Shown here: piece by piece, positions 37,978-47,756 of the stretch
Numbering within the stretch: the first letter of the stretch is position 1
Layout: each line of letters begins with the position of its first letter
Source of the DNA: Nitrososphaeria archaeon
Lineage (GTDB): Archaea > Thermoproteota > Nitrososphaeria > Geothermarchaeales > JDFR-13
DNA length: 64,000 nucleotides
Reading direction: 5' to 3'
NCBI GenBank assembly: GCA_027078545.1
Contig: JALWXN010000004.1
Location: 704,001 to 768,000, forward strand
The notes under the pieces: model-generated
Told to the model about the DNA's origin: nothing
Seen by the model: only the letters and a program-made list of their open reading frames with translations
Databases searched by the model: none
Position numbers and translations under genes: made by a program

Positions 37978-39133
37978 CCCTACAAGCCATCCTGAGGAGT
38001 ATGTATAGAGCTGTGCTGGCAGTGAAGAGTATAATGGCCATAGCGACATAGCTCGCGTTGAATCCCAGCTCACCCGCTATGTAGGAGAAGCCTATCACAC
38101 CGGCTGTACCCCCTATGTCGAAGCCAGTAGCGTAGAAGGCTGTAGCCGTGTTCCTAGTGTCCTCGGCGACGTTGCTGAGCAGGATGTACTGTCCACTCGG
38201 GACTGTGAGGCCTATCCCCCAGCCGAAGAGGCCCATAGAGATCAGTAGCTGTACTAGGTCGCCGCTCCACGGGACGAGTATAGTCATCCCCACAGCCTCT
38301 AGGAGGACGCCTAGGGATAGCGTGGCTACAGAGCCTATCCTATCTATGAGCTTGACGGCGTATAGCCTTGAGACTAGGCCGGTCAGCCCAGCTACGAACA
38401 GCGCCTTACCAATCGTGATCGAGGGCTGTCCAAGGGTGTATACATGGTCCTGGAGCAGGCTGTTGAGGGCGAAGAAGACGCCTCCATTCACCAGTGGGAG
38501 GATGAGTAGTGTGGCCACCACCCCATTTCTGATCACCTCGAGGATCCTGGGTGCTGATCCGCGTCCACGGTAGAGCTTCTTATCCGGGAGGAGTGCCGAG
38601 GCCACGATTGACGATACACCGAAGACTGCTAGGAGGTAGAAGGCAGCTGCATAGCCATATAGGTCGACGAAGCTAGTGGCTATAAGGGGGCCTATCAACG
38701 CTGATAGTGATATCACCGCCGCCCTATAGGAGAGGAGTTGCCTTAGATACTCTATGTATCCATAGATGGAGACGGCGGCTATCGAGGCTGAGATGAAGAG
38801 GCCCATGGAGAGGCCCTGTAGAGCCCTGACGAGGTAGACCTCACCTGGGCTGGAGACCGTCGAGGCGTAGAGGGCCGAGACGGTCACGGCTAGGCCTCCG
38901 AGCATCATGAAGTATTTACTCCCGTACCTATCCGCTAATACCCCGGTCGGTAGCCTGGTTAGGACGCCTATCATGGGGCCAAGGGAGAATATTAGGCCAG
39001 TCTCGAAGGTGGCTGCACCGAGTTCACGGCTGAAGCGTGATATGACAGAGCCTATCCCGCCAAGCGCTGTGAAGTATAGGAATACCGCGGCGATGATGAG
39101 CGCTACCTCCCTGTTAAGCCCTTTAATCTCCAA
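37955..39133 (-). CDS. MFS transporter
   Basis: About 12 TMs, [10 protein letters not shown] motif A. Confidence 0.9.
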   Translation of the reverse strand: MEIKGLNREVALIIAAVFLYFTALGGIGSVISRFSRELGAATFETGLIFSLGPMIGVLTRLPTGVLADRYGSKYFMMLGGLAVTVSALYASTVSSPGEVYLVRALQGLSMGLFISASIAAVSIYGYIEYLRQLLSYRAAVISLSALIGPLIATSFVDLYGYAAAFYLLAVFGVSSIVASALLPDKKLYRGRGSAPRILEVIRNGVVATLLILPLVNGGVFFALNSLLQDHVYTLGQPSITIGKALFVAGLTGLVSRLYAVKLIDRIGSVATLSLGVLLEAVGMTILVPWSGDLVQLLISMGLFGWGIGLTVPSGQYILLSNVAEDTRNTATAFYATGFDIGGTAGVIGFSYIAGELGFNASYVAMAIILFTASTALYILLRMACRARATTSS

Positions 39134-39192
39134 TCCCTACACCCGGAATCTTGGGGATTCGCCCTGGAATACTTATAAATCGGTATATCCAG

Positions 39193-40218
39193 CTATGGCT
39201 TGAGCCTATCCAGGATATACTCTGCAATGGCTGGGGCCGCTGTGAAGCCGGGTGTAGATATGCCATATGTCATCGCGAAGCCCTTCCTAATCCTTATTAT
39301 CCAGTCCCCACCAGGATAGTTTATCACCCTGGGTACGCAGTGTACCGAGATGATGTCTGGTCTCATCTTAACCATCTCGGATCCGACATCAAGTGCCTGG
39401 GATATTAGGCTATAGTCGGCGTCGTAATCCTCCTTTGCGGGGGTCCATGAGAAGGTCGCCCCGAATACAGAGCCTATCCCCTTATAGTAGGGGGCGAACC
39501 CATACCCCCTCGTGTATTTCCAGCTGGTGACCCTGAACCTCACCAGTATATAGTCTATCTCGAGGGAGGTCACGGCGTATATTCCCTTTCCAAACCTCTG
39601 CCTAGGTGGCTTCGGATCTATGTTTCGTGAGAGCTCCCTTGTATGTGGCCCGGCTGCCACCACCACGGCGTCATACTCCACACCGTTGATCACCTTGTCA
39701 TGTAGGGGTGGTACGCGGTAGCCGAGGAATACTCCTCCACCCATCTCCACTATCCTCTCCTGGAGCCTGAGTAGTGTGTCTAGAGGATCTATTAGTCCGA
39801 ACCCCTCCATCCTGACCGCCCCTATAAATTCATCACTTATCTCTGGGTACCGCCTCCTAAGCTCCCCATCCCTTACAACCTCTATCTCGAAGCCGAAGTA
39901 CTTCATGTAGAGCTTTGCTATCCACATGAGCCTGTCTAGTAGGCGGGAGTCATATGGGAGGACTAGGTCGATATCCCTGATCTCATATCCTATCTCCCTC
40001 GAAAGCTCCCTGTGTAGCTTCATACCCCTCATTACGAGCCGGTTCTTAAAGCTGTGGAAGGGCCTATCGATAGCCATTAGGAGGCCGGGCATCCTGCCCG
40101 ATGCCGAGTCGCCTATCCTGGTTCTAGCCTCGTAGAGGTCAACCTTATGCCCCTTTTTGAGTGCCATGTATGCCGTGTAGAGCCCTATAGCCCCACCTCC
40201 CACGACGGCTATCCTCAC
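39193..40218 (-). CDS. FAD-dependent oxidoreductase (DAO/LhgO-like)
   Basis: GGGAIG, ASGRMPG, AAGP, GISTPGFTAAPAIA. Confidence 0.85.
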   Translation of the reverse strand: MRIAVVGGGAIGLYTAYMALKKGHKVDLYEARTRIGDSASGRMPGLLMAIDRPFHSFKNRLVMRGMKLHRELSREIGYEIRDIDLVLPYDSRLLDRLMWIAKLYMKYFGFEIEVVRDGELRRRYPEISDEFIGAVRMEGFGLIDPLDTLLRLQERIVEMGGGVFLGYRVPPLHDKVINGVEYDAVVVAAGPHTRELSRNIDPKPPRQRFGKGIYAVTSLEIDYILVRFRVTSWKYTRGYGFAPYYKGIGSVFGATFSWTPAKEDYDADYSLISQALDVGSEMVKMRPDIISVHCVPRVINYPGGDWIIRIRKGFAMTYGISTPGFTAAPAIAEYILDRLKP

Positions 40219-40254
40219 GGAACCGCCTCCGACATTATAATTTATTCCTATGTC

Positions 40255-40722
40255 TCACCCCTTAAGATGAGCCTTCGACCTGTCGTATAGTATGTACCAT
40301 GTCCCAATCGATACTGCTGAGAGTTTCCCCTCTGAGTCGTAGATACGGCCCATCACGACTATGGTTGTCCTGCCGCTTCTAAGTACTTCTCCCTCCAGTG
40401 TATAGGGGCTGTTCCCACTGTGGAGAGGCCTCATGAAGTTTATCTTTAGCTCGATCGTCACCTGCTCCTCCCCAGGGTTTACAGTGGCCGCGGCTACCCC
40501 AGACACCTCGTCTAGCATACCCATTATAGCCCCGCCGTGGAGTATTCCTCCGCTCCTGGCCAGCTCCTCCCTATACTCTGCAACCGCCTTTGCATAGCCT
40601 TTTCTAATCTCCACGTATCTAGTCCCTATCAGCCTGCTGTAGTTGCTGACCTCTTTGAAGAGCTGGTTAAACCTCTCCAGGTCTACCTCTCCCTCGTCGA
40701 TGATGTCTTTGAGTGTCGTCAC
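40255..40722 (-). CDS. PaaI family thioesterase
   Basis: LHGGAI..MLD, TIELKINFMRP. Confidence 0.9.
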   Translation of the reverse strand: MTTLKDIIDEGEVDLERFNQLFKEVSNYSRLIGTRYVEIRKGYAKAVAEYREELARSGGILHGGAIMGMLDEVSGVAAATVNPGEEQVTIELKINFMRPLHSGNSPYTLEGEVLRSGRTTIVVMGRIYDSEGKLSAVSIGTWYILYDRSKAHLKG

Positions 40723-41132
40723 TCCTCCTCCACCCTATACTCCCACTCCAGCTTGGCCCCTGCACGTACAAGTGTTATCGTGGCGCTGCAGTACTTGTTG
40801 AGGCTGAGCTGGATAGCCTTCTCAACATCCTCCGGCTTTATCCCCCTCCCCCTGACTATGTATCGATACTTGATGTACTCCCATATCTTTGGGTGCTCTT
40901 CCCTCCTCCTACCCTCTATCTCCATTATGAGCTCCCTCACCTCGTATCGCTTCTTGGTGAGGATGACCAGCACATCTATCGCTGAGCAGCCGGCCGCCGC
41001 GAATAGCATGGTCTCCATGGGTGAGAGGCCGCTCTTCTCAGGCTTCTCCCTGAGGTCGAGCGTGTTGTACCTCCCATCCTCGGTCTTCACGAGGAATATC
41101 CTGTCCTCCACAGTCCTGAGTATCCCCTTCAT
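40719..41132 (-). CDS. OsmC/YhfA family protein
   Basis: SPME..AAAGCSAID, KYCS. Confidence 0.9.
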   Translation of the reverse strand: MKGILRTVEDRIFLVKTEDGRYNTLDLREKPEKSGLSPMETMLFAAAGCSAIDVLVILTKKRYEVRELIMEIEGRRREEHPKIWEYIKYRYIVRGRGIKPEDVEKAIQLSLNKYCSATITLVRAGAKLEWEYRVEEE

Positions 41133-41251
41133 GTCATATAGCTAAAGTGGGTTGGACGTAAATATAGGTGTCTACCAGTCGTGTGCCGGGCTCGGCGGTT
41201 TAGCAGGCCTATCCCCCGATATATCGCATTGGAGGCATTATTTATACTGGG

Positions 41252-42160
41252 ATGTCCCAGCAAGAGGAGGATATTATAGAGGTCTCGGTATGGTATGGCG
41301 ACGCCGAGATACGGCTGGCCATGGAGTGGGAGCCGGGATACCTGATTAGGAAGGCTATATATAGGAGGGGTGGGGAGGAGCTCGACCTAGGGGATTTCCA
41401 CAGCCTCCTCCGCGACGATAGGCCCGAGGCGAGGAACACCCTTGTCGCCCATGTAGTCTGGCTCCTCCACAACTTCAACCGTGAGATGTCCCTCGTGAAG
41501 AAGGAGGGTATGAACCTCTGCGACAAGATCACGATATGGATCGATATGCTGGAGGAGGCTAAGAGTAAGACCCTCCTAGCCGTCTCGATAAGCCCCCATA
41601 GGACTGATATCATCGTGAACGACCTGGAGCCCTTCATAAAGGGACTATACGAGATCGTGGACTATCTCTACCAGACCGTGGCTAGGCACTGTAAGAGGAT
41701 ATCGAAGTTCCTCAAGGGGCTGAACCATTATAAGAAGCATCCCCGTGGACGTGAGATTGTATATGATGTCTATAGCAGCTGGATAACTAGCGACCTGAGG
41801 AAGAAGAGTCTGGAGGAGTATGAGGACTACGGCCTGGAGAAGGTCAACCGTAGCCTGTTGAAGATTGCTAACCCATTCATCAAGAAGAGGCTTATGGAGA
41901 TCAATGCAGATCCCTTCGCGAAGGTAAACTTCTTGGCAGCGGTGAATCTTAGGATATGTGACGACGTCAACCTATACATCTCTGTCCTCAACACCTCCCT
42001 GAACCTCTTGGAGTATATCAGGGACAACGTGGCTAGGGCGAAGGACATGACCGCGGCTGATATTGAGCATATCTATGAGAAGCTGAGCGATGTGGGGGAT
42101 GATCTATACAAGCTAGTGGTGAATATAAGGAGTCTATACATGAATCTCGAGCCTCTCTAG
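41252..42160 (+). CDS. Hypothetical soluble helical protein
   Basis: 302-aa ORF with host codon usage and no recognised motif. Confidence 0.6.
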   Translation: MSQQEEDIIEVSVWYGDAEIRLAMEWEPGYLIRKAIYRRGGEELDLGDFHSLLRDDRPEARNTLVAHVVWLLHNFNREMSLVKKEGMNLCDKITIWIDMLEEAKSKTLLAVSISPHRTDIIVNDLEPFIKGLYEIVDYLYQTVARHCKRISKFLKGLNHYKKHPRGREIVYDVYSSWITSDLRKKSLEEYEDYGLEKVNRSLLKIANPFIKKRLMEINADPFAKVNFLAAVNLRICDDVNLYISVLNTSLNLLEYIRDNVARAKDMTAADIEHIYEKLSDVGDDLYKLVVNIRSLYMNLEPL

Positions 42161-43632
42161 CCTATACTGAGTGCACCCATACCCTTCCTAGGGTCAGAGA
42201 CGAAGATGTTGTCCGGCGGGTCTATCTCCACGGCCTCGACATCCCCCATCTGTAGGCTCAGCCCCTTCCTATAGGGGCTTGGATACCTTGTCGAGGCGTT
42301 CACTATCGGCTTCCCCATCTCCCTAGCAGCCTCCACCGCCTCCTCCGTATATCTCGACGGCTCGTAGAGGAATGCATCCCTCCTAGCCTCGTAGTGGATA
42401 CGCCTCCACTCAACAGAGGCTGGTAGGTCTAGCCCCCTGAATAGCCTGTTATATATTGTCTGGGCCACAGCAGTCACTATCCTCGTCCCACCCGAGGATC
42501 CAAGGGCGAGTATCGGCGTCGACCCTTGATAGACTATTGTTGGGGACATGCTACTCCTCGGTCTCGCACGGGGTCTAAGCCTATTCCTATCGCCCCTTGT
42601 GGAGAAGTCGTGGAGCTCGTCATTCAGTATGACTCCCAGCTTCTTCGAGACTACTCCGGAGCCCATTACACACTCTATCGTAGTGGTTGATGAGACGATC
42701 ATCTCCCCATCATATACCGTGAACTGGGCCGTCTCATGGGGATACCCAAGGCCTATGTCGGGATCCTCGATCAACTCCCTCTCCCTATGGATCTCCACGA
42801 GTATGCTGGGCTTCGTCCGGGGATCATCACCCGTCCTGACCATCTCCTCTAGGAGCCTAGCCATAGAGTATCCACTACCCGGTGGGGGCGAGGTCGCTAT
42901 GCTATACCCACGTATCGAGGCTCTGTACGGCGTCCTCCACACTGGCCTATAGCTCTCCAGGTCTTCAAGGGTGATCACGCCCCCTAGAGATTCTAGCTCC
43001 GCCACTAGCTCCCTCGCCAAGCTCCCTGTATATAGGGACTCGAGGCCCTCCCTCGATACCCGTCTAAGAGTCTCTATGTATCGTGAGACCCGTAGAGGGC
43101 TACATATCCCGGGCGGCTCAGCCCCTACCCCCAGAATCCTACCCCCATGCCTCGCCAGCTTCTCCAGGTCCCTCCTATATGTCCTGAGGCTACCCTGTAG
43201 CAGTGGTGTCGCCCTTACCCCTCTCTCCAACGCCTCCACAACGGTCTCTATGATCCTGCTTAGTGGGATGGAGCCGTATCTCCTATGTAGCTCCTCCAGG
43301 CCACGCCCCATCCCAGGCACCGCTATGGAGTGGACACCCTCCATTAGTACTTGGTCAGGCTCGACAACCTCCAGGATCCTGGATGGGGCTGTCTCCCGAT
43401 AGTCTAGGAAGCGTGGCCCCGACCCATCATCTATCAGTGTGAAGCCCCCTCCCCCGAGGCCTGTCCAGCCAGGCTCATACGCCTCCATAGCCAGCTGAGC
43501 CGCTATGAAGGCGTCGAGAGCGTTTCCACCCATCCTTAGAATCTCTATCCCGAGCCTGGAGGACTCGTAGGAGAATGTGGATATCCCCATCCCACCGATA
43601 CTCACCATATAGTGCCGAGAGCCATGTACCAT
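42157..43632 (-). CDS. ggt: Gamma-glutamyltransferase family (compact)
   Basis: GGNALDA, GLGGGGF, DYRETAP, HETAQF, LNDELHDF, PRSSMSP, GSSGG. Confidence 0.85.
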   Translation of the reverse strand: MVHGSRHYMVSIGGMGISTFSYESSRLGIEILRMGGNALDAFIAAQLAMEAYEPGWTGLGGGGFTLIDDGSGPRFLDYRETAPSRILEVVEPDQVLMEGVHSIAVPGMGRGLEELHRRYGSIPLSRIIETVVEALERGVRATPLLQGSLRTYRRDLEKLARHGGRILGVGAEPPGICSPLRVSRYIETLRRVSREGLESLYTGSLARELVAELESLGGVITLEDLESYRPVWRTPYRASIRGYSIATSPPPGSGYSMARLLEEMVRTGDDPRTKPSILVEIHRERELIEDPDIGLGYPHETAQFTVYDGEMIVSSTTTIECVMGSGVVSKKLGVILNDELHDFSTRGDRNRLRPRARPRSSMSPTIVYQGSTPILALGSSGGTRIVTAVAQTIYNRLFRGLDLPASVEWRRIHYEARRDAFLYEPSRYTEEAVEAAREMGKPIVNASTRYPSPYRKGLSLQMGDVEAVEIDPPDNIFVSDPRKGMGALSIG

Positions 43633-43705
43633 CGATACCTACCCAGATATCCAGACTAGGACAAACTAGTAGTAAAAAGGGTTTTTGGGTCGAGGGCCTA
43701 CCCAG

Positions 43706-44530
43706 CTACTCTGTCTTAGCCTGTTTATTGACTAGCTCCTCCAGACCCGCGAGTAGGTCTGGCTCGATCTTGGCGTGGGCCATGAAATGCTCATTCGGGT
43801 CCTTGGCCAATGTATAGATCCAGTAGATCGTGAAGATACCAAAGGTGATTATCGAGAGTATCAGGTAGAGTATGGTGCTCCTCTCCTGGACGGGTACATA
43901 GCTCCTGAGATCAATTGTCCTGACCCCCGCCTCCTCGAAGACCTTGTTAACCTCCTCTAGGATGCCCTGCTCATACTTGCTATGCCTGTAGAAGTCCTTG
44001 TTCAGGAAGTGGTAGACGTAGAAGGCTATTAGGCTTATCAGGAATACTAGGACCACCCAGAGTATGGCGCTCTTCTCACCTCCAACCTCGAACTGCATCT
44101 CCCTTACATATCTCCTCACAGCCTCGGCCCTCTCCTTGAAGCCGAGGTCATCAAGTATCTGGGCAACGTCCTCATACATCATCTGTGTCCTCTTAATGTG
44201 CTGGTTCCTCCTATCGATGAACTTGTATAGGACGTATAGCTGGATCACCAGTGCGACTAGGCCGAGCATCATGGCTAGCGTGGTCATTGCGAGGAATGCC
44301 GCGATCGCTGCACCCATCCCTGGGGGTACATCGCCATTGATTGTTGGGCCCATCGTTGCTCCTGGCATAACGACTAGTAGTGAGCCTACGGCTGCTAGGA
44401 ATATGATACCTACCAATGCGCCTAGGATGGCTGGTAGTAGTGCTAGCCAGGTAGGTACTATCGCATCTGTATGTTGAGCCTCCCTGACGGCCCTCCTGAC
44501 GCCCTCAAGCGCTGCAAGTGCCTTGGACAT
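43706..44530 (-). CDS. DUF4234-like membrane protein
   Basis: RRNQH, R..ILYLILSIITFGIFTIYW, NEHF repeats. Confidence 0.7.
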   Translation of the reverse strand: MSKALAALEGVRRAVREAQHTDAIVPTWLALLPAILGALVGIIFLAAVGSLLVVMPGATMGPTINGDVPPGMGAAIAAFLAMTTLAMMLGLVALVIQLYVLYKFIDRRNQHIKRTQMMYEDVAQILDDLGFKERAEAVRRYVREMQFEVGGEKSAILWVVLVFLISLIAFYVYHFLNKDFYRHSKYEQGILEEVNKVFEEAGVRTIDLRSYVPVQERSTILYLILSIITFGIFTIYWIYTLAKDPNEHFMAHAKIEPDLLAGLEELVNKQAKTE

Positions 44531-44605
44531 TGCATATATGTAGATAATATCAATGGCCTTATAAAGACTTGGATATCTTTAAATCGGGCCGTATATACTC
44601 CACAA

Positions 44606-46075
44606 CTATAGGGCCTGTGCAGTCCCGCCTCCCCTGGCGTCGGCGAATACCTCTATGTATCCGTCCCTACTTCTGAGTGCCTGGACTACGCCTACATATG
44701 TCGCTGGGTAGGGAATCCTCTCCTCCCCAACCCCGATCTCGGTCTCAGAGACTATCCTCCTCTCACTCCCCCAGGACATCAGCATGGCCCTAGGCTCCAT
44801 AACGGCTCTCCCAATATCCATACCCCTGTCGACGATGTTGCTGAAGACCTGTGTATGGATCTGGGGCCTCAGGTCACCCCCTGCACAGCCGACTATGCCT
44901 AGGTCATCATCCCCACGGTATAGGAGTATCGAGAGTGTATGTAGCGGCCTCTTAAGTGGGGCTGGGCTGTTGGGATATCCAGGCTCTGGCCTGAAGCCTA
45001 TCAGCCTGTTCTGGAAGGGGATCTCAAGCGCGACCAGTCCGCTCCCGAAGGGGTGGAAGAGGCTCTGTATGAAGCCGAGCCTATTTCCGTATCGATCCGC
45101 CAGGGTGAAGAATGTCGTGTCGCCCCCGCCTAGCTTGAAGCTGGATATATGGCTCGACACATGCCTATCCTCGAGTAGGGTGTATGGGTTTATACTCATG
45201 TGGTCGGAGTCGCCTATATAGTTGTCCCTATCGCTATAGGCATGGGCGGATGCCTCGAAGTATAGTCGCCACCAATCCCTATCCCTCTGCCTATTGTCGA
45301 GCTCGAGGATATCCATGAACCTGAGTATCTCCAGTGTCGTGACTCCCTGTGTGTTGGGTGGCAGCTCATACACCTCGTAGCCGTTGTACTCGATCTTCAT
45401 AGGCTCCATGGGCTCCCCACTATGCTCCTCCAGGTCCTGGGTAGATAGGTGTGCACCCTCCCTACCAAGCTCCTCCACGATCTCCTCGGCAACCCTTCCA
45501 CTGTAGAAGCCTTCCCATCCCTTCCTAGCTATCTGCCTCAAGACCCATGCATGCCTCCTCTGCCTCAGGAGCTGTGCCTCGCCTACCACTCCATATGTCC
45601 TCCTCCAGGACTCGTACTGGGAGAGCTCGTCCCAGAGCCTCTTGACCGCCGCTACGAGCTGTCTAGGCGGGTGGAAACCGTTCTCAGCGAGGGATATCGC
45701 TGGCTGGAGCAGCCTCTTCAGGTCTATGCTTCCATACTCCTCCCATATGTGGATCCATAGGTCTACCAGTCCGGGGACGGATATGGTTAGGCCGCCCCTC
45801 TTCGGTCTCTCCTCCATAAACTTATCCGCCGGGAAGTCTCTGGGGGCCCTCCCAGAGCCGTTATAGGCAACTATCTCCCCATTGGATAGCTGGCCCAGTA
45901 TGAAGCCGTCCCCACCAAGGCCCCCGGTGTGGGGGATCACGAGTGAGAGTACGGCGCTAGTGGCTACTGCCGCGTCGAAGACGTTTCCACCCTCCTTGAG
46001 AACCTCGAGACCGATGTGGGTAGCTATGTGTATCCTAGTGGCTATCCCGTAGCTACCGACGGCTGGGAACCACAT
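44606..46075 (-). CDS. ggt: Gamma-glutamyltransferase (YwrD-like)
   Basis: GGNVFDAA, GLGGDGF, PPNTQG, GDTTFF, IQSLF..FGSG, KRPLHTL. Confidence 0.9.
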   Translation of the reverse strand: MWFPAVGSYGIATRIHIATHIGLEVLKEGGNVFDAAVATSAVLSLVIPHTGGLGGDGFILGQLSNGEIVAYNGSGRAPRDFPADKFMEERPKRGGLTISVPGLVDLWIHIWEEYGSIDLKRLLQPAISLAENGFHPPRQLVAAVKRLWDELSQYESWRRTYGVVGEAQLLRQRRHAWVLRQIARKGWEGFYSGRVAEEIVEELGREGAHLSTQDLEEHSGEPMEPMKIEYNGYEVYELPPNTQGVTTLEILRFMDILELDNRQRDRDWWRLYFEASAHAYSDRDNYIGDSDHMSINPYTLLEDRHVSSHISSFKLGGGDTTFFTLADRYGNRLGFIQSLFHPFGSGLVALEIPFQNRLIGFRPEPGYPNSPAPLKRPLHTLSILLYRGDDDLGIVGCAGGDLRPQIHTQVFSNIVDRGMDIGRAVMEPRAMLMSWGSERRIVSETEIGVGEERIPYPATYVGVVQALRSRDGYIEVFADARGGGTAQAL

Positions 46076-46084
46076 CTCAGATAA

Positions 46085-46315
46085 CTACTCCGAGACAGCT
46101 ACGAATGTGAGTGTACCCCTGACGCCCGGTAGGCCCTGTAGCTTCTGACCAACGATCTCTGCGATCTTCTCAGGCTTCTCAACCTCCATACATGCTATGA
46201 TGTCCCACTCACCGGTTATGGCGTATGCCTCGAGCACGTTTGGGACGTTCTTGACCTCGTTGAGGACGTCGAAGAGCCTACCTACATCCACCTTTAGCAG
46301 GACGAAGGCCTTCAT
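46085..46315 (-). CDS. Stand-alone Lrp/AsnC ligand-binding domain
   Basis: AFVLLKV, ITGEWDII, GVRGTLT. Confidence 0.88.
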   Translation of the reverse strand: MKAFVLLKVDVGRLFDVLNEVKNVPNVLEAYAITGEWDIIACMEVEKPEKIAEIVGQKLQGLPGVRGTLTFVAVSE

Positions 46316-46348
46316 GATAAAAAGTATTGTGGCCCGGGAGTATATATC

Positions 46349-46774
46349 CTACTTGACGACCTCCTTAACAGTCTCTATACTCTCCTCCACCTTCCGGCCA
46401 GGCTCGTCGAAGAGGACTACTACCCCCTCAGACATGAAGAACTGGTAGCTCGTCTGGCATGCTCCTCCACATAGCACTACATCTACGTCGGGCAGGACAT
46501 TCTCCTTCAGCCAGTTATACTTGGGTATCCCGTGTAGGGGTATGTTGAGCTCGTTCAGCATCTCCATAGCCTCGTGTGGATTGTCAAAGTCGGGTAGCTT
46601 GCCCAGGGGGTTCTCCCTCTCCTCCAAGAACTTCACCTCACCCTTCTCAGGGTCGAAGGCGTAGATCCTGAACTTCTTGGCATGTGCGAAGTGTCCACCG
46701 AAGATGGTCTCGCCATCGTTTGTAGCCACCGCTATCTTCAACATACCGGGTTTCACCAAACGTCTATACCTCAT
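46349..46774 (-). CDS. NifB/NifX family (FeMo-co binding-like) protein; start probably 46744
   Basis: KIAVAT, GHFAHA..F.IY, ERENP, DVVLCG. Confidence 0.8.
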   Translation of the reverse strand: MRYRRLVKPGMLKIAVATNDGETIFGGHFAHAKKFRIYAFDPEKGEVKFLEERENPLGKLPDFDNPHEAMEMLNELNIPLHGIPKYNWLKENVLPDVDVVLCGGACQTSYQFFMSEGVVVLFDEPGRKVEESIETVKEVVK

Positions 46775-46856
46775 GGGGGAATTATTGGAGGAGGTATCAA
46801 CTCTTTATATTCTAGACATGGCTGTATATACCTATATAGGCCGTGGATAGGCCCCG

Positions 46857-47756
46857 ATGAGTATGGGCCCAAGGGGCCTTGGAAGTGGTTCGATGACTGG
46901 GCTGGAGAGACATGTATTCATACTTAGGCCCGAGCCGCCCTATGAGGTGAGGAGGTTCTTCGAGAGGCTTGGACGTGGACCGTATCCACATCTATACATG
47001 GAGGATCCCCCACGTGTCACGAGGCTCTTCGACACTGGTGAGGAGCATGTCCCAGTCAGGATTTTCCTTAGGGGTGATAAGTGGCGTCCGGAGCTGAGGA
47101 TAGAGATATATGCTGATGACTTCCCGGTTGTGAGGAGGGTCCTCCCACTCGTGAAGAGGTTCCTCAGCATGGACATCGACTATCGTGGATTCATCAGGGC
47201 CTGTATCGACCATGAGGGTATCCGGGGCCTACTTATGAGGCGTATGGGTGAGAGGCCGGCTGGCCACTACTCAAGGGTCGAAGCATTCATGGAGGCGGTT
47301 ATAATCAGTGGTGGAAGGTTCAGGCCGGATTATAAGGGGCTGAGGAGGTTCATAGAGGCCTTTGGACGGCATCTCGAGGTCGATGGCGAGGAGTACTGGG
47401 GCTATCCCAGTAGGGAGGATATCCGCTCCACCCCGGTGGATGAGCTTAGGAGGGTTCTGCACAGCAGGGTGAGGGCCTGGGCAGTCAAGGAGGTATGCTG
47501 CTCCGAGGAGGGTGGGGAGGATGAGGTGTTTGGAGTGGGTAGCGTGGCTAGGGACTATGCATTCTCCCGGCTTAGCGGTATCGGCTGCACCGATACAGAT
47601 GCGGCTAAGCTCCTAGCCAAGACCGACTGGGCTGGTGAGGCGGGTATAACCCGGGAGGAGCTCGAGTCCTTCCTCCTCCATAGCCGTGAGTACTGTGGCC
47701 TCCTATACTACCTAGTAATGTCTGAGCATATGGATAATCATCCCCCTACCCGTTGA
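46857..47756 (+). CDS. Diverged AlkA/HhH-GPD-like DNA glycosylase
   Basis: PEPPY N-terminal domain, AFG...YWGYPS, GVGSVA HhH-like, GLLYYL C-terminus. Confidence 0.55.
   Translation: MSMGPRGLGSGSMTGLERHVFILRPEPPYEVRRFFERLGRGPYPHLYMEDPPRVTRLFDTGEEHVPVRIFLRGDKWRPELRIEIYADDFPVVRRVLPLVKRFLSMDIDYRGFIRACIDHEGIRGLLMRRMGERPAGHYSRVEAFMEAVIISGGRFRPDYKGLRRFIEAFGRHLEVDGEEYWGYPSREDIRSTPVDELRRVLHSRVRAWAVKEVCCSEEGGEDEVFGVGSVARDYAFSRLSGIGCTDTDAAKLLAKTDWAGEAGITREELESFLLHSREYCGLLYYLVMSEHMDNHPPTR

Noticed and set aside
46349-46774. Nitrogen fixation implied by the NifX-like and fixABCX genes
   Set aside because: Both families are widespread in non-diazotrophic archaea, and no nifHDK is in the window
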